A DNA stretch of 64,000 nucleotides from a virus. The translations under genes and the position numbers were made by a program. The stretch spans positions 38,717-102,716 of the IMG/VR virus record IMGVR_UViG_3300035698_018106; one strand, written 5' to 3'. Each line of letters opens with the position of its first letter. Position 1 is the first letter of the stretch. Below are positions 57,160-64,000 of this stretch, piece by piece. Below the pieces are notes generated by a model. It saw only the letters and a program-made list of their open reading frames with translations, made no database searches and was not told the origin of the DNA.

Positions 57160-58014
57160 TTATGATAATTGAAGTTCGGGCATAAATTCTTCGGCAATTC
57201 CCCAAAGTTGTTTATTTAAATCAATATTTCGGGTTGCATTTGTTAATTCTCTAACGGTTGATATTCTTCCTGAAGGGTTAGATCTTTGATATCCACCTTT
57301 AACCATTCGCTCCTGTATTACATTAAATACAGTCCAAAGATTATTTGCTTCATCTTCTCCTCTAATAGGGGTAATGATAGATTGTGGATTAGTAGATGTA
57401 GTAACAGCTTTAACATCAATAGTTCCATCATCTTTAATAAACATATGAGGTTCACGGGTGGCAATTGCTTTAATAGCAAATTGTTCTTTGTCATCATTAG
57501 ACATGGTAATATCTTGCATGTCTCCGATATGGTCACCAATAGTTTTATATTGTTCCCCTGCAGCATCGAGAACTCTTTTAAGTTCTTCTTGATCAACACC
57601 CATATGTCTGAATTTAACAGCATTATACATACCAGGAATTGAAACAACCAGGCCATTTGTGCAAACAAGTCTAAACAGACCCATATGTAATTGTGTAGAT
57701 GATCCTCTATTATGAGAATTATCAAGAATAATTTGGGGTTTTACGTTATCACCTTTGAGATTGAAATATCCCATTTTTGGATTAGTGAAACGAACAGAAT
57801 GGCGGGAAAAAGGATTAGGACCATTTTGTTTTGCAGAATGTAGTTCCCATCCAAGATTAATAATACGTTTAACATATTCATCAGTAGGAATAAATGAATA
57901 ATTTTTAGTTACACCACTAGCAGGGGCAGTAGCAAATACAGAAGGAGCTATATTTTTTAACTCATCTAAATTATGAACTCGATATCCAATTGAACTTAAA
58001 GTTGTATTTTCCAT
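57160..58014 (-). CDS. Hypothetical protein, possibly DUF932-like
   Basis: FRLVCTNG motif. The assignment is weak. Confidence 0.3.
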   Translation of the reverse strand: MENTTLSSIGYRVHNLDELKNIAPSVFATAPASGVTKNYSFIPTDEYVKRIINLGWELHSAKQNGPNPFSRHSVRFTNPKMGYFNLKGDNVKPQIILDNSHNRGSSTQLHMGLFRLVCTNGLVVSIPGMYNAVKFRHMGVDQEELKRVLDAAGEQYKTIGDHIGDMQDITMSNDDKEQFAIKAIATREPHMFIKDDGTIDVKAVTTSTNPQSIITPIRGEDEANNLWTVFNVIQERMVKGGYQRSNPSGRISTVRELTNATRNIDLNKQLWGIAEEFMPELQLS

Positions 58015-58133
58015 TTTTTAAATTTTGTTATGTATTTTTCTTATAATGTAAATATAACTATAATCTGTTAAAGAAAAAAACATTTGATGTAAAACTTTAA
58101 AAAAAATTAAAAACTTATATTTTTGTTTATAAC

Positions 58134-59231
58134 TTATTCATCATGTTTTAGAATAAATTTATTAGATATTACTTTAAATGATAATCTTCCTTGATAATCA
58201 TCTATTGGTCTTGTATCTGGAAATATTTCAGATTCAGCAACAAAAACAATACCTTCTCTTGCAGTATCTCGTAAAGCTGACCTCCCATCTGCTAATTTTA
58301 TTAATTCATCAATTGTATCAGGAAGGGTCATATCTTTTTCTATTACTGGAACAGTTTTTAATCCCATAGATACACAGGCATCATCAAATTGCTCCCACGG
58401 GAGAAATTGGTATTTAAGAGGATCAAACATTCTAAATAACCTAATAGTTTGTCCTTTAATTTTATATTTATTTGATTGGATACCTTCACCTATTAATTCT
58501 CCTTGTAAAGTTAATGCTTTCAATCCATGTTCTTTCATATAGATACGCATCTCTTTTTCAATATTTAAAACTCTAGCAACTTTCCAAAGTGAATTACCTT
58601 CACTTTCTAATAATTCTAGGTTTCTAGAGCTTACTCCAAAGATATCATCATATATAGCATATGAACAAGATGAACCATCTAATTTTTCAGTAGCTACCCA
58701 AGTATAATTATCATGATAATTTTTGTAGCTATCTATTAAATTTTGGATTCTGTTTTCATCTGTTTTAATAGAATGTGATGGGAAATTACCTTTAGCTATT
58801 CCATCTAAACAAGCAGGTATAGGTGGATCATATTTTATAATACCAAGAGTATCTGTAACATCTGCGCCAACTGGTTCTATAAAACCAATTTCTGGATTTA
58901 TTTCAACTGCTAGCCCTGATGGTGTATCTAAAAAGCTAACAGACATTGGTAAAATACTCAATGGGAATGTAATTCCTTGACTAATAACTCCTCTTAATTT
59001 AGTTGTTTTAATTCTATATTTTCTAGGAGCTAAAAATTCAAATTCTGGACGTTGCGGCATAAGTGAATCAATTTCACAATATATACCTAAATCTCCTTCT
59101 TTAAAATCTCCTTTTTTAATAACGACATTCCATCCTCTGATTGTACATTGCTCTATATTATCAGCACCTGTAATTGGTCTAATATTAGTAACTTTTTCAA
59201 TTGTCGCTAGTTTTCTTTTAATTTCTGACAT
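58134..59231 (-). CDS. ATP-dependent RNA ligase (KxDG nucleotidyltransferase) with an N-terminal OB, tRNA-binding-like domain
   Basis: ATEKLDGSS motif I. The N-terminal IRPITGADNIEQCTIRGWNVVIKKGDFKEGDLG fits a tRNA-binding OB-fold pattern. Confidence 0.5.
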   Translation of the reverse strand: MSEIKRKLATIEKVTNIRPITGADNIEQCTIRGWNVVIKKGDFKEGDLGIYCEIDSLMPQRPEFEFLAPRKYRIKTTKLRGVISQGITFPLSILPMSVSFLDTPSGLAVEINPEIGFIEPVGADVTDTLGIIKYDPPIPACLDGIAKGNFPSHSIKTDENRIQNLIDSYKNYHDNYTWVATEKLDGSSCSYAIYDDIFGVSSRNLELLESEGNSLWKVARVLNIEKEMRIYMKEHGLKALTLQGELIGEGIQSNKYKIKGQTIRLFRMFDPLKYQFLPWEQFDDACVSMGLKTVPVIEKDMTLPDTIDELIKLADGRSALRDTAREGIVFVAESEIFPDTRPIDDYQGRLSFKVISNKFILKHDE

Positions 59232-59430
59232 TTGTATTTTTATTAAATTTTAGTTGTTTCAAATCCAACAACATTATATTTGCTAATTTTCTTCGACATC
59301 AACCCTTCCAAATTTTCTAAATTTAGGTGGTCTGGTGTCGAATTTACTCTTCTTATTTCGTTATCCGGAATCCTATCCAAACTTTGATTATTATCTCTAC
59401 TATCCGCACTAAAAAATTTAATAGCTCCCT

Positions 59431-59874
59431 TTATCCAATAAAATCTTCTATTTTATAAACAGAATCACATTTAATACATTTTTCTATCATTCTACCTCTT
59501 GACCATCTAAGTAAATGATCCAAAGATATAATATCTTTTTCCATTTCTATTTCGGCTACCTTAATTAATGTTAAGAGAGGCTCACTCCCATCATCAAGTG
59601 TTTTGAATTTGTATTCAATTTGTCCAAATAATATATCCGAATCAATTGGATCAACTTTAGGTCCATATTTATCTCTACACCATCTATATAGCCATCTTTC
59701 ACCTTCACCATCTCCGTAATTAGGATCGTGAGTATCATAGTCAATTGTATAAATAATAGAGTTATGATTTATTTTCTCACCTGTAAAATCACATATTTCA
59801 TGATCATATACTTTAGTAGGACTTTCTTCTCCTGTTTTACTATCAAATTGTGTAACTAACTTATATACTATCAT
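59431..59874 (-). CDS. Hypothetical protein
   Basis: 147 aa ORF. Confidence 0.35.
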   Translation of the reverse strand: MIVYKLVTQFDSKTGEESPTKVYDHEICDFTGEKINHNSIIYTIDYDTHDPNYGDGEGERWLYRWCRDKYGPKVDPIDSDILFGQIEYKFKTLDDGSEPLLTLIKVAEIEMEKDIISLDHLLRWSRGRMIEKCIKCDSVYKIEDFIG

Positions 59875-60158
59875 AATTGTACTTTGTTTTCATATTCATT
59901 AGCAATTTTCTTTAGAATCTTTAAATATTTATCAATCTCTTTATTTTCTGGAGATAATATATATTCTGGTACTTTAATAATTTTTTCTTTTCTATTAAAA
60001 CTTATACTTTTAAGCCATGTAAAGATTAAATCTAATATATGATAAATAAATATACAAATTGTAATAATACATAGGAGTATAATAACTATAGTTCCACCAT
60101 ATCTTTCACCTGATATATCTCCTTGTTCGCTTAAAAATTGTAATATTTCTGTTAACAT
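59871..60158 (-). CDS. Small membrane protein
   Basis: One transmembrane helix. Confidence 0.35.
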   Translation of the reverse strand: MLTEILQFLSEQGDISGERYGGTIVIILLCIITICIFIYHILDLIFTWLKSISFNRKEKIIKVPEYILSPENKEIDKYLKILKKIANEYENKVQL

Positions 60159-60168
60159 GTTTTATTTT

Positions 60169-61389
60169 TTAAATATTAATATTTGAAACATAATTAAATG
60201 TATCTGTTTTAGATTTCCAATCAAATACATTTTCTAGTGCAGCTTTTCTAATTTTCTCTAATATTTGACCAATTTTTGGCAGATCTTTTTTAGATGAAAT
60301 ACCAAAAAGTTCCATTATTTCGTCTCCATTTATAAGAATATCAGAATTAGAAGATGGAATTTTACCTGCATTCATATCTAAAATAATATTTGCCATATCT
60401 GTTGGTAATAATACAACATTAGACATTATAGGGAGCTTAGACATTGTTTGAAGAGTTAAATACATTTGATCTGTTTCTCCTAAATTATCCCAATCTCTTA
60501 AAATATTATCTAATTTAAGAATTGCCGTTCCAACTTTTTGTTTATCAGATCCTTTAATTTTTTTCATGTAAAAAGTATAAGGATCAACACCTCCAACTAA
60601 GCCCATCATATAATAAAAAGATATTGGATCTAGATCATCAAAGCCTTTATCATAATGAAGCATTTTTTTATTAAATAATGCTTCATCAGCTCCTGTTTCA
60701 TGAAGAAGATTAATAGCCATTTGAGTACTACCACCTTTATTTAGAATTTTTTGAAATTCATCATAGATTCGTTCGCCGGCGATCTCTTTAATAAGATGAG
60801 AATTCTTTTTCATTAAATCCATAGTACCTTTTTCGATATTGAATCTAAATCTGGCGGCAAATTGGATGCCTCTTAAAATTCTTAAAGGATCCTCTATAAA
60901 TGCATTCTTATCTGTTGCTTTAAGTAATCTATTATGCAAATCTTTTAGTCCATTAAAAGGGTCTAGTAATTCATCTGACATTATATTAACAGCCATTGAG
61001 TTAAGAGTAAAATCTCTTCTTTTTAAATCTCCATGAACATCAACTCCATCTGTAACTACTTCAAAACCTTTATGTCCTGACCCTATTTTTCTATCTTCTC
61101 TAGGTACAGCTACATCATAATCTTCACCAACATGACCTTTAGGCTTAAATTTAATAACTGAGAATGATTCACCTTCTACATTAGCTCTTCCATATTCTCT
61201 GAGAATTTTAAGAATACCAGATACAGATAATCCATCTACGATAAGATCTATATCTTTCATAGGTTTTTCTAAATATGCATCACGAACACTACCTCCTACC
61301 ACATATATTTCTGCGTTAGAAGCCATTTTTTGAATCCATATATGTTTTCTTAGATTTTCTGTTATTTGTTTTAAACTTTCAGGTATCAT
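60169..61389 (-). CDS. cca: tRNA nucleotidyltransferase (CCA-adding enzyme or poly(A) polymerase family)
   Basis: GGSVRD...DIDL head motif, RRDFTLNSMA and EDPLRILRGIQFAARF. Confidence 0.8.
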   Translation of the reverse strand: MIPESLKQITENLRKHIWIQKMASNAEIYVVGGSVRDAYLEKPMKDIDLIVDGLSVSGILKILREYGRANVEGESFSVIKFKPKGHVGEDYDVAVPREDRKIGSGHKGFEVVTDGVDVHGDLKRRDFTLNSMAVNIMSDELLDPFNGLKDLHNRLLKATDKNAFIEDPLRILRGIQFAARFRFNIEKGTMDLMKKNSHLIKEIAGERIYDEFQKILNKGGSTQMAINLLHETGADEALFNKKMLHYDKGFDDLDPISFYYMMGLVGGVDPYTFYMKKIKGSDKQKVGTAILKLDNILRDWDNLGETDQMYLTLQTMSKLPIMSNVVLLPTDMANIILDMNAGKIPSSNSDILINGDEIMELFGISSKKDLPKIGQILEKIRKAALENVFDWKSKTDTFNYVSNINI

Positions 61390-61398
61390 ATCTTTTTA

Positions 61399-61611
61399 TT
61401 ATTTTTGAGGTAGCCTATTAATTACTCTATCTAATTTTATTTTAATATTTTCTAATTCTACTAAACTAGCTTTAATTGATTCATTTTGTATCATTATAGC
61501 CAATTGGTTTTCTAATAGCATTCTATCATGACTTGCTCTGTCATATGACATAATTCTATGTTTAGTATCACTTATTTGTTTATTAATATCCATAATTTTA
61601 TTTAATTTCAA
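61399..61611 (-). CDS. Hypothetical protein
   Basis: 70 aa ORF. Confidence 0.3.
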   Translation of the reverse strand: MKLNKIMDINKQISDTKHRIMSYDRASHDRMLLENQLAIMIQNESIKASLVELENIKIKLDRVINRLPQK

Positions 61612-61628
61612 ATTCTTTTCTTACAGTA

Positions 61629-62114
61629 TTAATTGGTACTATTAATATTATTAATTGGTACTATTAATATAATATCGCTATAAATATATTTAGTTTTCCA
61701 ATTTGATATATATTTTTTCCTATCTAGTAATAACCATTTAGAAGAATAACCTGGCTGTATAGTTCTAGTATAATATTGTTTAATCCTAGGAGATTCTTTA
61801 TCGGTCTCATTAACATAAACATTATTAGCATATAGTTCCATACGTTTTACACCTTGTGGATATATACCTCGAATGATATATTTAGATGTAGCTGATCCAG
61901 ATATCGTTCCACATCCTAATATAAACGAACCATGTAATTCCTGACTAGAAGAACTATACGCAGATTGAATTAATAAATCCTTTGTTTCTGAATATTCAGG
62001 GTGGAGATAATCTAATTTATCGCGGAAAAGAACAAAGCCTACTATAAAGATCGTAAAAATATTTTCGGAATATCCATATAACTTATATAAGTTATAGTTG
62101 CAATTAATACACAA
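61629..62114 (-). CDS. Hypothetical protein. The 3' end contains a perfect 22-bp tandem duplication.
   Basis: ORF. The C-terminus INNINSTN is encoded by the repeated unit. Confidence 0.35.
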   Translation of the reverse strand: MCINCNYNLYKLYGYSENIFTIFIVGFVLFRDKLDYLHPEYSETKDLLIQSAYSSSSQELHGSFILGCGTISGSATSKYIIRGIYPQGVKRMELYANNVYVNETDKESPRIKQYYTRTIQPGYSSKWLLLDRKKYISNWKTKYIYSDIILIVPINNINSTN

Positions 62115-62144
62115 ACTCCGAAAATTATATAAAAAGCCATATTT

Positions 62145-62612
62145 TTATTTTTTTATAGACCAACTAGGGTCCGGTAAATAATTATTATATTTGCAATGTC
62201 TCAAAAATGAAAATAATTCAAGCCATTCTAATTCTGGAGAAAATCCTGCTTTGTCATCAAAAAGAGTATTAAAATAAAATTTATTTTTATAATATCCAAA
62301 ATTCCCTTTAGCAGTATCTATTTCTGGATTTTCATTGACATATTTAAAATTAATATTATTTTCTTTAAATACTTTTTGATAATGTTCTATTTCTTCTGGA
62401 TATGATGATGTGTATAATATTAATATAATATCATCTCTTTTAGATAAAAGTTGTAATGTCTCTTTTGCCCATGGGTAAAAATCAGAATCAAAGCTATTTT
62501 TCCTATATGTAGGTATCAAAATAGTACCATGAATATCAAAAGCCCAATAAGTTTCATACCATTGTTTCTCAAAAGAATGTTTAAACATTTTTAGTATCCA
62601 ATGTTTCATCAT
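62145..62612 (-). CDS. Hypothetical protein, possibly a HAD-like phosphatase
   Basis: WAFDIHGTIL resembles HAD motif I (DxDGT), but the second Asp is His. Confidence 0.2.
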   Translation of the reverse strand: MMKHWILKMFKHSFEKQWYETYWAFDIHGTILIPTYRKNSFDSDFYPWAKETLQLLSKRDDIILILYTSSYPEEIEHYQKVFKENNINFKYVNENPEIDTAKGNFGYYKNKFYFNTLFDDKAGFSPELEWLELFSFLRHCKYNNYLPDPSWSIKK

Positions 62613-63121
62613 TTTATTCTGTATTTTTCTAATCCTGTCCTAATTGTTTCAATAGCAGATAATTCCATACTTAACAAAAACATATCTTCTAAATTCTTTA
62701 CAATATATACATTAGGATATTTTAGTTTTTTTAAATGAGCTTTAACTAATGCTCTTGCTCTTAAAGATTCTTTTTTAAGAAGCTCATGCTGAATCATTTC
62801 ATTCATACTCATGGGTATATCATCCAAAACATCTAGATTTTGATCAATCATAATGATGACATTTCTATTAGTGTCTGCTTTAATAGCCTGTAAAATAGAA
62901 AATCCAACTTCTGACAAAGATCCAGTACCATATGTTTCATTAGTAACGGGAAATAAAATTATTTCATCGTTAATTAAATGTTCTGCTTCAATTACTGCAT
63001 CTTCAGGTTTCCATTCATCTACCTGAGGATTATAATATTCTACATCATTTTCTTGATATCTTTTCATGAAGCTATCTCTCCATATACTACCACCACATGT
63101 ACCAAATAATCCTATTGTCAT
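62609..63121 (-). CDS. Nucleoside 2-deoxyribosyltransferase-like (DNPH1/Rcl-like) protein, second paralog
   Basis: GLFGTCGGSIWRD...IILFPVTNETYGTGSLSEVGF pattern. Confidence 0.45.
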   Translation of the reverse strand: MTIGLFGTCGGSIWRDSFMKRYQENDVEYYNPQVDEWKPEDAVIEAEHLINDEIILFPVTNETYGTGSLSEVGFSILQAIKADTNRNVIIMIDQNLDVLDDIPMSMNEMIQHELLKKESLRARALVKAHLKKLKYPNVYIVKNLEDMFLLSMELSAIETIRTGLEKYRIK

Positions 63122-63300
63122 TTTGTTTTTTCTTTTAAAATATACGAACTTAATTGTACTATTTGTTTAAGATTTAAAGAATTTACATCATCTGTTGAAT
63201 AGTAATCATTTGCATATTTTAATCTATCTTCATTTGATAAATTATTCCACCAGTCAAATGCAGAAGATGGGGTTTGTTTATGTTTCTTTATTTTCATCAT
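63118..63300 (-). CDS. Hypothetical protein
   Basis: 60 aa ORF. Confidence 0.3.
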   Translation of the reverse strand: MMKIKKHKQTPSSAFDWWNNLSNEDRLKYANDYYSTDDVNSLNLKQIVQLSSYILKEKTK

Positions 63301-63450
63301 AATTTTTTATGCATATCCCATTTAAATGGATTAAAATAAAACCAATAATATTCTTCCATAATATTACAGCAGTTTATCCATGTACATCCATATCTATGTT
63401 TAAATTTATTCTTAAGTTCTTTTTTAAGTTTTCTAGGTATTCTTTTAAAC

Positions 63451-63660
63451 TTATACATATTTATGAAATATTCTTAATCCAATATTTACCACATGTAAAA
63501 ACACGATAGGTGGTATAATATCAATAAAAATATCTTTAAATGTTGGTGCATCTGGAAGAATTACAATCATAAAAGTGAAAATTAACCAAATTAAATTTAT
63601 AATACCAAACATATACAAAAATCGTATATTTGCAGTTTTTATTTGTTTTTTGTTACTCAT
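63451..63660 (-). CDS. Small membrane protein
   Basis: Two transmembrane helices. Confidence 0.35.
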   Translation of the reverse strand: MSNKKQIKTANIRFLYMFGIINLIWLIFTFMIVILPDAPTFKDIFIDIIPPIVFLHVVNIGLRIFHKYV

Positions 63661-63662
63661 TT

Positions 63663-63974
63663 TTAAAAATCTCCATAAGTTTTAATTTCTATTCCTTTTT
63701 TAAGTGCTTCTGTCATTTTTTTAGAGATAGAAGATGGATTATCAGTAATAAGAAATTTACATGATGGATCATTTAATTTATTGACATCATATAAATTTGG
63801 ATATTTAGCTAAAAAATCTTTTTTTGTTTTAAATCCATATTCTTTAGGTGATCCGGTCATAACAACAGGAATGATATTTGGATCTTCTTTAATATCAATA
63901 GGTCTATCAATAATTACACCTAATGATTCCAATCTACAAATAGCAGTATCAATATAAGTTACTACATCAGGCAA
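63663..63974 (-). CDS. BRCT-domain protein. Possibly the C-terminus of an NAD-dependent DNA ligase whose gene may continue beyond the window end.
   Basis: VVMTGSPKEYGF...FLITDNPSSISKKMTEALKKGIEIKTYGDF resembles the LigA C-terminal BRCT domain. Confidence 0.35.
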   Translation of the reverse strand: MPDVVTYIDTAICRLESLGVIIDRPIDIKEDPNIIPVVMTGSPKEYGFKTKKDFLAKYPNLYDVNKLNDPSCKFLITDNPSSISKKMTEALKKGIEIKTYGDF

Positions 63975-64000
63975 ATGTAATTTAGCAACTAATGCTTTTT

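Noticed and set aside
1-64000. CRISPR arrays, integrase or transposase genes, toxin-antitoxin pairs
   Set aside because: No regularly spaced direct repeats were seen. No tyrosine or serine recombinase or DDE transposase motifs were found in any frame, and no clear toxin-antitoxin gene pair was recognised.

Overview
This window looks like part of a large, AT-rich (about 30% GC) virulent phage genome, with nearly all genes on the minus strand and no Shine-Dalgarno motifs upstream of start codons. That lack, together with lipobox signal peptides, suggests a Bacteroidetes-type host, but this is inference. The gene content resembles a distant T4-like replication and recombination module. It includes gp46/gp47 (Rad50/Mre11), UvsX, a DnaB-like helicase, topoisomerase II gp39- and gp52-like subunits, a possible sliding clamp, a gp20-like portal, a gp55-like late sigma factor, PhoH, thymidylate synthase and a dNMP kinase. 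There is also a second, sigma-70/ECF-like sigma factor, a DinG/XPD-like helicase, two Nudix hydrolases, two nucleoside 2-deoxyribosyltransferase (DNPH1)-like proteins, a NADAR domain protein, an RNA ligase, a CCA-adding enzyme, tandem lipoproteins and a beta-helix fibre protein. The main observations are listed below.

- An I-TevI-like GIY-YIG homing endonuclease gene sits between an intact thyA and a duplicated 3' fragment of thyA. The fragment begins at the position that corresponds to the T4 td intron insertion site (codons FLG|LPFN).
- The family B DNA polymerase is fragmented. Motifs B, C and KKRY lie in one ORF, a motif A-like ORF sits 14 kb away, and no exonuclease domain was found.
- Four ORF starts, one of them internal, carry a conserved MRAKLVKES leader that is nearly identical at the DNA level.
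- A GC-rich 400-bp intergenic island contains a truncated tRNA 3' end (T-arm, acceptor strand and CCA).
- A conserved intergenic cassette of the form hairpin, T-run, TGnTATAAT/CATAATAAATA recurs, with compensatory stem changes between copies.
- A set of nucleotide-pool and tRNA-repair enzymes is present.
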